DNA of 63,203 nt, the filler included, from Pelomyxa schiedti (lineage: Eukaryota; Protista; Evosea), in assembly GCA_020536535.1 (NCBI GenBank). It is 12 parts of 12 records of this genome, joined end to end, with 100 filler letters (N's around TTAATTAATTAA, not from the genome) between each part and the next. Parts side by side here need not be neighbours in the genome. Positions count along the whole stretch, not along the records: positions 30,024 to 53,822 come from JAHLWZ010000462.1; positions 53,923 to 55,300 come from JAHLWZ010002556.1; positions 55,401 to 60,588 come from JAHLWZ010000491.1; positions 60,689 to 62,048 come from JAHLWZ010002572.1; positions 62,149 to 63,203 come from JAHLWZ010002919.1; 7 more parts are not named here. One strand, written 5' to 3'. This document shows, piece by piece, positions 52,155-62,953 of this stretch. Numbering within the stretch: position 1 is the stretch's first letter; the number at the start of each line of letters is the position of its first letter. The notes below the pieces were generated by a model, which was not told the origin of the DNA, ran no database searches, and worked only from the letters and a program-made list of their open reading frames with translations. The translations under genes and the position numbers were made by a program.

Positions 52155-53486
52155 TTATAATTGCACTCTCTTCATTTCACAGTTCACACACAGAACACCA
52201 ATTTTCAAACCAGTGACAACATCAAATAGGCCATACGACACTGACACATTGTGCACATCAGTCTCAGTGTGGAGCAGGTCTGACATTGTAAGGAATGTTG
52301 CTGCTGGAGTTGCAGGAACAGAAGGCACAGATACGATTCCTGTTCTGAAACCCACATGCGGGTTGGATTCCAAAACACCAAAGGAAGGGAACGACATGCA
52401 CGGGTTCACTAGATCCCTCACGTGATAAATACTGAGAGTTGACTCCCTGTGAACACAAATGTGTTCGTTGCTGGCAACCTCAAGGAAGCATGGCCGGTTG
52501 AATATCTGGGTGATTCCCGTGGTTAGGTTGCAGATAATATATTGGGTTTCTGAGCAGCTGATTGTGAACAAATCATCACCCACACACATGCACCTGCTCA
52601 CACCAAATTTGTCTGCAACACCGCAGCTTGGAACATCGACCTCCCTGACAACAGTGAACTTGTAATCAAAGGTTCTCTCCAAGTCCACAAATATCACACA
52701 GTGTGACCTACAGGCATGCAGTGCGGGTATAGCAACCACGCTGCTCCTTGTGTGATCCTCCCCCGCAAACGAACCGCCAAAATGCATCCTGTAATCCAAG
52801 CCGTTTTTCTGCGCTTTCGCAACCAGTTCGCCCCCAACCACCCTCCACAGCAGCATTTCCCAGTAGCCAATTATCACAACCCACCTGGTGTTGCCCACGG
52901 CCCTGACGCCCCCGCCCTGTTCCTCGTGGAATCCGCGCCAGGCCCGGATCCAATCCCCCACGCCGCGGCCCTCCTGGTCCAAGACAAAGAACCTCTCGCA
53001 GTCGGGCAGGTGTGACACGGCCAGGAACCTCCCGCGGCCCAGGGACCCGCTGATGTACGGGCCCCGCTCCCACACCCACGACTCGGAGGGGCCCACCAGG
53101 CAGCGGGGGGGCCCGGCCAGGCCGCCCGTGGCGGACACCCCCGCGAACACGTGGACCAGCGCCTCGATGTGGGCGGGCTGGGGGAGCCCAACCAGCAGGG
53201 TGAAGGCCAGGTCTCGGGATACGGGCAGGATCCAGCGGGTGGCGAGGTCCGCCAGCAGCACCGGGAGGGGGAGGTGCCTCGCGGGGCTGCAGGAGCCGCA
53301 GCGGGGGACGAGGACGGCAGCGGCGAGGGCGAGGAACTGGTCCCGGGCCAATGGAGCCACCTTATCGCTGCTGAGTGTGGTTGTTGCAGCTGCTGTTGTT
53401 GTCGTTGTTCTGTGTGGTAATGAGGCTGTGGTCGTACGCCTCATGAAGCAGCGCAACGGTGTGCGTTGGTTGTTGCCTTCAGTCAT
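52155..53486 (-). CDS. RCGxxSP-family protein, member 6 (intronless)
   Basis: ARDQFLALAAAVLVPRCGSCSPARHL..RW, GNTRWVV, FVDLERTF, IYHVRDLVNPC. Confidence 0.85.
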   Translation of the reverse strand: MTEGNNQRTPLRCFMRRTTTASLPHRTTTTTAAATTTLSSDKVAPLARDQFLALAAAVLVPRCGSCSPARHLPLPVLLADLATRWILPVSRDLAFTLLVGLPQPAHIEALVHVFAGVSATGGLAGPPRCLVGPSESWVWERGPYISGSLGRGRFLAVSHLPDCERFFVLDQEGRGVGDWIRAWRGFHEEQGGGVRAVGNTRWVVIIGYWEMLLWRVVGGELVAKAQKNGLDYRMHFGGSFAGEDHTRSSVVAIPALHACRSHCVIFVDLERTFDYKFTVVREVDVPSCGVADKFGVSRCMCVGDDLFTISCSETQYIICNLTTGITQIFNRPCFLEVASNEHICVHRESTLSIYHVRDLVNPCMSFPSFGVLESNPHVGFRTGIVSVPSVPATPAATFLTMSDLLHTETDVHNVSVSYGLFDVVTGLKIGVLCVNCEMKRVQL

Positions 53487-53922
53487 TTTGGGGTCAGGGA
53501 TTGGCAACTGCCCTTTTGCTACAGCGTAGATGGTGAAGTGAATGACCGCGGGAACACAGTGCGGTACAACAAAAGTAGTGAGGGGTCGCTCCACAACAGT
53601 TTCACGGAAGCTGTGGCGAGGTGACTTCGCGTCGCTGTAGTTCTAAGTACGGTTCTAATCACTAATGGATTTCTGGGAAAACTACTGCGAATCTGTTGGG
53701 GCCCTGAGGGAGATCCAGGCGACACCTAGAACTGATTCTAGCGCCTTTATAAGGCGGGAACAACACCATCGTAGTTATAGCAAGCAAAAGCTAAAGTAAT
53801 AAACAATAAACTCTTGTGTTTGNNNNNNNNNNNNNNNNNNNNNNNNNNNNNNNNNNNNNNNNNNNNTTAATTAATTAANNNNNNNNNNNNNNNNNNNNNN
53901 NNNNNNNNNNNNNNNNNNNNNN

Positions 53923-54431
53923 TGGTTTCTTCAGCCCCATTTTCAGTCAAAGGTTTCCTACCTGATTATACACGTTATTGCAAGATACACAAGCTTCTCT
54001 CCCTCGTTATGAAGAACGGGAACCACTGCTTCGTTGTGAAAAGTTACGAATCCATCAGGCTGGTCTCTGAGAGTTTCTCGTCCATACCGATTCCCACCAA
54101 TCAGGTTGCATGGCACAACCAGTACGAGAGACACTGCGACGTGTCGCAGCTGAGCGAGTCTCTGTTTTGCATCTCAGGGGAGTTTGCTGAGATCTGGGAC
54201 TGCAACAACGTCGCGAAGCCACTCAGGGCCATCACGTTCGCTGATCTTGGCGACGTGCAGGAGCGAGATAACTTTGGCTGGAAGGGTGTGAACCAAGTTG
54301 TTGCCAGGTCGGGGTTCCTGCTGCAGCGTGAAAAGAACAAGCTGAGTGTCATTCACGGGTCGAGCAATGCGCATTGCCTCAGTGTGGTCATCAGTGGCCT
54401 CATCAGCATCACTTCAATCTATGCCTTCTAG
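53923..54431 (+). CDS. RCGxxSP-family member 7, C-terminal part
   Basis: MKNGNHCFVV, SQLSESLFCI, EIWDCNNVAKPLRAI, ARSGFLL. Confidence 0.75.
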
Positions 54432-54605
54432 AAGCGTCTTTCTATGTGGCTATGAACTACTCCGTAATCATCTCTGAAGGGGAGTGACGGACACGTTTCA
54501 TGACGTTTGTCGCTAAGTGGTGTCGCTTACTCTGAGGGTGCCTTGTGTGATGAAGTCATCACACACCTGTGGAAACTTAATTTCCAAGAAGGAAAGACTT
54601 TCGTG

Positions 54606-55300
54606 ATGTCGACTTTACCACTGAGCGCGTTCACGGCGGTCGAGGGATACTCTGGCGTGAGTGCGGTGTCACAAATGGTGGCAGTTGCAATGGCGTCCCA
54701 CAATCGCTGCGGCGCCCGCTCCTTCGTTTTCTCCCCTTCACCATCGTCGTTTCAATCGTCGTCAGCGTGGATTGCGTTCCTTCGCGTTCTGTGGGAGGAA
54801 TTCGTTGTTCCAACCTCTGTTGAATTCATTGCCAATGTTGGGGTGAGTGTGAGTGATGGCACACAAAAGTACCAGGAGGAACGACCTGTTTACTTCAGCG
54901 TTTCACCGCTTCTGCTGGGGTTCATGCACCCGCTTTCCTATCACCCTTATAAGTGGGGACCATACAAGTGGGTGGGACCCAGTATGTTCCTGGAGCTCCA
55001 CGAATATACTGGAGCTCCTTACATTGCCGAAACTGTCCTCCTGGACACATCCAGCAATGATGCCACTACGATGAAGTTAGTTGGACTGGCGGATGGTGTT
55101 CGAGCAGACTGCAAGAGTGACGCCAACAGCAGGTGGCTTGTGACAGCATGGTCACTGCGGGAGGCATCAACCATTGTTGGCGGACCCTCAGATGGCTTTG
55201 CCCTTTCGTTTGTTCATTTGGAAACACCATGTGCAGATTCAACTCTTGGTGGTGTGCATTGCATGAGCCACGTACCTGATGATCCCACCTTTTCCAGGGT
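54606..55300 (+). CDS. RCGxxSP-family member 8, N-terminal part
   Basis: SQMVAVAMASHNRCGARS..VLWEEFV, FSVSPLLLG, ANSRWLV. Confidence 0.75.
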
Positions 55301-55400
55301 NNNNNNNNNNNNNNNNNNNNNNNNNNNNNNNNNNNNNNNNNNNNTTAATTAATTAANNNNNNNNNNNNNNNNNNNNNNNNNNNNNNNNNNNNNNNNNNNN

Positions 55401-56253
55401 CACCTGTCATTGCCCCCCGGAATTCTGCAAGTGCCCTCTTGTTTTCTATTCTCTTGTTTTCAATGAGGCTCTCCAGGTCTGCCAGCCACTGTAGAATTTT
55501 GCCTGTGTCTGCTCGGCGGATATTGAGTGGCTTGAGGGTTACCTTGTTAATGCACACTTGACCCCCCTCCTCTTTGTATGTTGGGCTCGGTTCTGTGGTG
55601 TGAACATATCTCTTCCAGCTGGCGTCGAACCAGTCCTCATCCCGGTGCCGATTGCTATGTGCCTCTTGGTCCTCCTCGTCATCCGCCTGTGGTGCCTCAC
55701 CCTTTGGGTCCTCCCTAGGTGGGTCCTCTCCAAGTAAGTCCTCTCCCATTGGGGTTCTAGTGGGAGAGTTGCGTACACTGTATTGCGTATCCTTTAGACT
55801 TGGTGGTGTTCGTTTTTGTATGATGTTCCCTGCCTGCCTAGGTATGCTCTGTGGGGTGCCTCTCAGTGGGGTTGCCACGCGCGTGTTCGCCTGGGTCACT
55901 GGTATTGCTAGGTACTGCCTGGTGCTCATCCTTGCTGGTGCCCTGATGTTAGGTTGTGAGTTTCCAATTTGAGGTGCTTCACCCTGGGTGTGCACCTCAC
56001 GCTCCCTTGCAGGTGGTATGGGGGTGGTGTTGAAATGGAGTCTTTTGGTTGTGTTGAAACGCGTCGCGCCGCGGTTGTTGTTCGGTGCTGTGTCTCCGCC
56101 GTTCTCTTCTCTATCTCTGAACACGACGCTGTCGTCCGCGCCGGGAATCGCCCCCTCCTCCTCGCTCTCGCCATCGCCGTCGCCGGCGTCGCCTTCAACG
56201 CCTGGCAATATAGGGCCTTCGGGTCGTAATTTCCCATCGTGCGCACTGTCCAT
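55401..56253 (-). CDS. Chromovirus gag (N-terminal part)
   Basis: ORF starts 66 nt after the PBS. Low-complexity N-terminus followed by capsid-like ILQWLADLESLIE. Confidence 0.7.
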
Positions 56254-56319
56254 ACTTGGCTGCCGATCTCTTGTCTCGTGGTTCTTTCAATTCTGTTCGG
56301 GGTAGTAGTATGTGTTTTA

Positions 56320-56331
56320 GCACCTCCACCA
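56320..56331 (-). promoter_or_regulatory. Primer-binding site TGGTGGAGGTGC (tRNA-Ala 3' end)
   Basis: Lies 2 nt after the LTR end. Complementary to GCACCUCCACCA, a eukaryotic tRNA-Ala 3' end. Confidence 0.8.
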
Positions 56332-56333
56332 CA

Positions 56334-56537
56334 TGTAGTAGTCGGCGGTCTTCTAAGGAAGAAAGTGGGATAACTTTGGGGGTATCTATTATTCTTCGTT
56401 TACTCTGGTTATCATTCGCGTTGCAGGTGCTAGCTGACGTCACGGCTATCGTGCTATTCCAGATGTTAGATCTCTTGACTCTTGGGCCAGGTTGGGTCCT
56501 CAGTCTAGAGTCTAGTCATAGTGGGTACGCCCACACA
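56334..56537 (-). repeat. LTR (204 bp, TGT...ACA), PPT at 56538-56548
   Basis: Bounded by the PPT and the PBS; homologous to 2717-2918. Confidence 0.92.
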
Positions 56538-56580
56538 TTCCCCCTCTTAGAGCTACCAGCCATAGCCGCTGATGATTCCC

Positions 56581-57371
56581 TCAGTGTCTCCCATTCAGTC
56601 GCTCTTCCCGCCTCTGATCCCTGAACTTCTTAATCAGTGCTGTGCAGCCTGCACAGTCGTCCTCGTACTGCCACGTGTTATGCTTCTCGTCCTGATCTTT
56701 CCACTTTATTAGGTATTGCTTCCCATCACTCTTCCATCTCTCTCCCACCACAGCTTCAACTTCAGGCTTTGTCTTTGCTTGGCTTCCCTTGGTGTCTGGC
56801 TCTGTGCTGGCTCTGGCCTCTTTTGTGCTTGTGTGTCGGTTGTTGTCTGTTGGTGGGGCCTCCTTCACGAGGTCCCTGCTTTCCCTTCGCCCCTTCTCCC
56901 CCTCCTAGGGTTGGGGCTGTGTCCCCACGGTGCTTGCAGAGTTGCCCAAGGTTTACAAGCTTGTGTGACACCTCCCCTTCCAAGGATTCCAATCTCGCGG
57001 CTCCCTTTACTGGGATGTCTGTGATGCGATATGGTCCCTTCCACTTGTCTGCCAGTTTCCCTAGTTCGCGGTCCTTGTTTCCCCCATTCCGAAGCACGTA
57101 CACGAGGTCACCCACGTGATACTTCTCCTCCAGTGCCTCAATGTGCGGTTTGCGGCTGGAGTCCCATGTCTGCTTTGTCAGCTCCGCTGTCCGTTGCGCC
57201 AATTTCCAAGCCTCGCGCACCCTCCTTGTCAGTTTTTCTGCCTGTCCGTGAGCCTCTCCCGCTCCACCGTGGTCGAGCAACGCACCTGGCGTCCTGGCAT
57301 CCCGTCCATGTTCCAGGTAGAAGGGGGAGAACCCCGTCGTTCGACTGATTGCCGTTCGGTGCGCGAACGCA
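56581..57371 (-). mobile_element. Chromovirus integrase C-terminus/GPY/chromodomain, 5'-truncated, 1-nt frameshift
   Basis: Near-identical to 57591-58360. Homology stops abruptly at about 57371. Confidence 0.9.
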
Positions 57372-57590
57372 CCCTAACTCCAAAAATTTCCCAATTTAAG
57401 CGTCAAATCGGAACCAAAGTGAGCCTCCAAATTGCTTAACTAGTGCACACTTTGGACAAAGTGGAGGGATTTCAAAGTGGCACCGCTTCGNNNNNNNNNN
57501 NNNNNNNNNNNNNNNNNNNNNNNNNNNNNNNNNNNNNNNNNNNNNNNNNNNNNNNNNNNNNNNNNNNNNNNNNNNNNNNNNNNNNNNNNN

Positions 57591-60588
57591 CTTCCCGCCT
57601 CTGATCCCTGAACTTCTTAATCAGTGCTGTGCAGCCTGCACAGTCGTCCTCGTACTGCCACGTGTTATGCTTCTCGTCCTGATCTTTCCACTTTATTAGG
57701 TATTGCTTCCCGTCACTCTTCCATCTCTCTCCCACCACAGCTTCAACTTCAGGCTTTGTTTTTGCTTGGCTTCCCTCGGTGTCTGGCTCTGTGCTGGCTC
57801 TGGCCTCCTTTGTGCTCGTGTGTTGGTTGTTGTCCGTTGGTGGGGCCTCCTTCACGAGGTCCCTGCTTTCCCTTCGCCCCTTCTCCCCCCCTCCTAGGGT
57901 TGGGGCTGTGTCCCCACGGTGCTTGCAGAGTTGCCCAAGGTTGACAAGCTTGTGTGACACCTCCCCTTCCAAGGATTCCAATCTCGCGGCTCCCTTTACT
58001 GGGATGTCTGTGATGCGATATGGTCCCTTCCACTTATCTGCCAGTTTCCCTAGTTCGCGGTCCTTGTTTCCCCCGTTCCGAAGCACGTACACAAGGTCAC
58101 CCACGTGATACTTCTCCTCCAGTGCCTCAATGTGCGGTTTGCGGCTGGAGTCCCATGTCTGCTTTGTCAACTCCGCTGTCCGTTGGGCCAATTTCCAAGC
58201 CTCGCGCACCCTCCTTGTCAGTTTTTCTGCCTGTCCGTGGGCCTCTCCCGCTCCACCGTGGTCGAGCAACGCACCTGGCGTCCTGGCATCCCGTCCATGT
58301 TCCAGGTAGAAGGGGGAGAACCCCGTCGTTCGACTGATTGCCGTTCGGTGCGCGAACGCCAGCATCGGTAGTAGCTCGTCCCAATCGTCCTTGTCCTCGT
58401 TTGCATAGATGCGGAGCATCTCCACGAGTATGCGGTTGTACCGCTCGGTCTTACCATCGGCCTGAGGGTGGTAAGGCGTTGTCATCCTCTGCTCGATCCC
58501 CAGCATTTTGCACAACCCAGTCATGATCTTGTTGGTGAAGTGGGTGCCTCGGTCGCTAATCATCACCCTCGGTATTCCTTTCCGGCACACCCAGCTGCGC
58601 ACCAGAGCCCTAACAGCAGACTCTGCATCTGGGTGCCTGGTAGCCTTGAGCTCGACATCCCCAGTGAGGTGGTCGATCATCACGAGGATATAAGAGTTCC
58701 CTCGCCTTGTGGCCCTAAGGGGCCCCACAAAGTCCAAGCTCATGGTGTCCCCAGGTTGGTTGGGGACTGGTAGTGGGTATCCTAGTGCCGAGTCCTTCCT
58801 TGCTGGCGCTTTCGCAACTGTGCACTGGTGACATCCCTGGCAAAACCCCTCCACGTCTGCCCTCATCCCTGGCCACCAGAAGTGGTGCCGTATCCTCTCC
58901 AGTGTATATGGTGCTGACATGTGTCCTGCGAAAATGCTGTTGTGGTTGTCAACCATGATTTGTTGGCGTAGTTCTTTGGGCACCACCACAGCCTTCGTTG
59001 CCCTAGTCTTCAAGGGATCTGCCTGCACCCGGTGTAATACGTCGCTCTCTGTGACGAAATCGTGGCGATTGAGCCCAGTCCTCAGCCTCTCAGGTAGGCT
59101 CTTGCCCCCTATCCATGCCAACAGCGCCTGGCAGTCCTTGTCCTTAGCCTGGGCCTCCCTCCACCATACGAGCCTATCCTCCAGGGCCACTATCATGAGA
59201 GCCCTCTCGGGTATTCTGCTGAGTGCATCCACGTTCCCCGACTCCTTTCCGGGCCTGAATTCCACTATTGCCCCATAGTCGTCCAGTAGCATCTGCCAGC
59301 GTGCAACTTTCCCTGTGGGTTGCTCCTGGTTTTGCATCCATGTTAATGCCTTGTGGTCTGTTTTGACGGTGCACCCTATCCCATGGATGTAGCTCTTGAA
59401 TTTCTTAAGAGCCCACACCACTGCCGCTGCCTCCAGTTCCCAAATAGGGTAGTTCTTCTCCCTTGGGTCGGTGACTCGGCTGGCAAGTTCGATAATGTGT
59501 TCTACCCCTTCGTTGTCCTGCTGGACCAAGGCTGCTCCCATCCCCAACTGGCAGGCGTCTGTGTGTATCTCTAGCCTGAACTCTGATTTGTAGTCAGGGT
59601 ACTCCAGAAGTAGCTTTCCCGCAATGAGTTCCTTTATGCGCCTAAAGGCACTCTCCTTTTGGGCATCCCATTGCCACATAGCTCCCCGTACTCCCAGTCC
59701 CCGCAGTGGTGCCGCCTCTATAGCGAAATTGCGGATGAATCGGCCGTAGTAGTTTGCAATATTGAGGAAAGTTTCGAGGTCTCCCTTCCACCCTTTGGGG
59801 CTTGGCCACTCAGTTAGGAGCTTTATCCTCCCTGGCTCCATTTGGATTCCCTTCTCCGACACAGAATGCCCAAGGTAGCTTACTGTGTGGTGCAGGAACT
59901 TGCACTTGACTGCCCGTGCCTTCAGGTTGGCAGCCCGAAGCCGCTCGTATACCAGCCTCAAGTTCTGGAGGTGTTCCTCGAAAGTGCGCCCCATGATGAT
60001 AATGTCGTCGATGTAAACACAGCAGGCCTGTCCAATCAGCTCACCCAGACAACGGTCCATTAGTCTTTGGAATGTTTGGGAGGCATTGATCATCCCAAAC
60101 TGCATCACGTTGAATAGAAATTGGCCTTTGTGGCATGTAAACCCAGTTTTATGCACATCCTCCTCTGCCACAGGTACTTGCCAGAATCCACTCATGAGAT
60201 AATGATAAGGGTGCAACCCATTCGCTCTTTCCCTCCTTGATGACGTTGATGCGGAGCATCTCCGTAATTTCCTTGCCCACAATCACCTTGTCCTTGGGGG
60301 ACATCCCCTTCTCCGGCCGACACACTGGCCGACATGCCCTCGTCGGTATACGATGCCGTTCGAGGTTTGTCCTCCCTAGCTTTGCTCGGTCGTTGGTGAA
60401 GATGTCGCTGAACGCTGCCTGGAGTGCAGAGAACGCCTTCCTCTGCCCCTCTGTTGCGTTTTCCCACGCTATTGCTGCTGTCTCCCAGTCATTGTCTCCC
60501 ATTTCCGCGGTCAGTAGTGCACACACTGCGTCGTCCACCTCGCGGCTGATCGCCACTGCAGCTCGCTTTCCAATCCTCTGTAGTATAG
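57591..60588 (-). mobile_element. Chromovirus pol (RT-RNaseH-integrase-chromodomain)
   Basis: SGFWQV, VYIDDII, TDAC, H-H-C-C zinc motif, DDE core (LDFVGP, SDRGTHF, GKTER), GPY, and EVEAVV..YLIKWK..NTW. Confidence 0.97.
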
Positions 60589-60688
60589 NNNNNNNNNNNN
60601 NNNNNNNNNNNNNNNNNNNNNNNNNNNNNNNNTTAATTAATTAANNNNNNNNNNNNNNNNNNNNNNNNNNNNNNNNNNNNNNNNNNNN

Positions 60689-61508
60689 GGTTCTTGAGGA
60701 TGCCAACAAAACGCAGTTTGCTGATACATGTCTACATAAAAATGTGGTGTGCGCCCACCTGTGACCGGGCCTGCGTGCATGACCACCCTCGCGGTGTTGG
60801 CCATCAGAGAAGAGCCGCTGTTCTCTGTCGTTGTTGTTGAAATCGCAACCGATAGGGAAACGACGCAACAATAACATACTCTTTTTTCTCCCACAACACT
60901 CGGTGATGGCAACCTGGAGCTGTGAGATACCTCCTCTTGTGAAGGCATCATTGAATGACATACTTCCCACAACAACAGCTGTTGGGGCAGTGCAGTGACA
61001 TTTGTTGATGTTCACGGTCTCGTCCAGTACCGAGTACCCGGCAGTTGTAGTGGCCCTCCCGGTTGATGTGGTTGATGAGAGCCTGTTGCGCATCAGCCTT
61101 GACAAATCTGCAGACAGAGAGGCAGTGGTAATTGTCCAGCTCATGGTGGAGGGGGGTCCTCATTCTGCAATCATTTATGTTTTTGACATGGAGCAGACCT
61201 ACAATTGCAAGAGCCTGGCTCTGCTGAGCACAACGAGGGGCAATTTGCCCATTTCCCACACCCTCAGGTCTGCATTTGTGATGAGGAACTGCAATTCCTG
61301 TTCTCCTTCATTTGGAAAACGTATTTTCATTGTGCAGATGGTGGAACGATTGGAGTTCTGTTCGGTCTTGTCAGCAGAGTCAGGTTTTATCTTCAGGATT
61401 TTTGACAACAAGATGGAGGTTTTGGATCCAATGTCAGAGCTGGTTGTTCTTGCTGTGGAATTTCCACATTTGACTCAGATCACTGTGGCTGTTGCTTCTG
61501 GAATCTAA
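60689..61508 (+). pseudogene. RCGxxSP-family member 9, C-terminal part, frameshifted and internally shortened
   Basis: FDMEQTY..LLSTTR, AFVMRN..IFIV, AESGFIF, VLDPMSELVVLAVEF. The WDCNN block is absent. Confidence 0.55.
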
Positions 61509-61758
61509 TCAAAGAATGCAGAGGGTCTTTGAGGCAAAATTAAACATAAAGTCAAGCTTTCTCAAATTGGATAGTTTAAAACTCAAATTGGGTGCTTTCC
61601 TTTCCTTCCAAAGCCCCGTTGTTGTTCATCACACAGCACAGCAGAGGGTGATGATTGTTACTGATGTTGTAATTGAAATAAACTTGGTGGTGGAGAAGAA
61701 CGCGAAATACAGCGAGGATGATGGACGGAACAAGCAAACGTTTTTTCTACTACTAAAC

Positions 61759-62048
61759 TCAGGAGGAGGAGTAGCTGAGGAAAGCCAGAAGAGTGTCGGT
61801 CTCAGCATCAGTGATTACATACCTGCCTGGTTGTGACACACAACCCCACAAAAGAACTCCACCCACAAACTGGACCTGTGGGCTCCCCAGAATCTTCATT
61901 CGGGAACCATCTTGTGCATGTGGTATAACTCTCTCACAGTGGACGGTGCAGCATGGTGTTGAGAGGTTTCTGGTGTGGAACACCTGGAAAACATCATCTG
62001 ATGGTGCTGCACCAAAAAGGGTGCAACTGATTTGCCACGGCAAGCCAT
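61759..62048 (-). pseudogene. Probable RCGxxSP-family member 10, C-terminal remnant
   Basis: FQVFHTRNLSTPCC resembles VFSTSDLTRPCC; also ITDAETDTLLA. Confidence 0.45.
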
Positions 62049-62953
62049 NNNNNNNNNNNNNNNNNNNNNNNNNNNNNNNNNNNNNNNNNNNNTTAATTAA
62101 TTAANNNNNNNNNNNNNNNNNNNNNNNNNNNNNNNNNNNNNNNNNNNNCCGCAGATATTCACAAACAACTACACAATTGAGGGTGTGGCATTTCTTCCTT
62201 CTTTATTACTGACTCCTGAGTACAACAACAGGGGATTTGTGGGGCTTTGGAATGGCAGAGATGATCAGTAGTTATATTGTCATTGACTCCCCACTTGACA
62301 AGCTTCCTCTTAGTTCACAAGCAAATTTCTTTGGTGAACAAATGCGGACACTTCCACCTCACGTTTCTGGTTTTCTTGTGTCTCTTTATTTCGAATATTA
62401 ATTTAATTAATTAGTTACTAGTATAATAACTATTTATTATATAGTATATAGTATTAATAATATTATTATGATACTATTACTTAATAATAAGTTACAGTGT
62501 ATAATTTAATTCTTACACCACAAAAGAGCTGAAGAGGCTGTGCCGAATCCGGCGAGTCGGCGATTGCACACTGTCTCAGCAGAAGGAATGCGGGTCTTGC
62601 TGCCGTGAACTATTTCACACACTCTCCTGAATCGCTGCTCTTGGCATCGTTGTGGAACAACAACAACAGCATTGCGAACTATTTCGCACTGCAGATATAT
62701 TCCCCAAATGAGGTCACCAATTAAATTTATAATTATTATCACCCCACTCAACAATAGTAGTTCCCACTCGATTCCAGAGAGACTGACGAATTAAGTACCT
62801 CTCCATTCCACATTCCGCTCCCCTCCGACATTTTCTGAGTCTCTGAAGGGGATTCTAAACGCCACGTCACTTTTATGGTAAAAAACGACTTGGTCAGTCC
62901 TTCAGTACACCAACTTCCTGTGTGTCTGTCCAACACATAAACAAAAAAAAAGA

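Noticed and set aside
57372-57490. Possible insertion within integrase
   Set aside because: It ends at a scaffold gap. Insertion, truncation flank and chimera cannot be distinguished.
60149-60282. Programmed frameshift within pol
   Set aside because: The frame change coincides with loss of conserved RT motifs, so it is a deletion.
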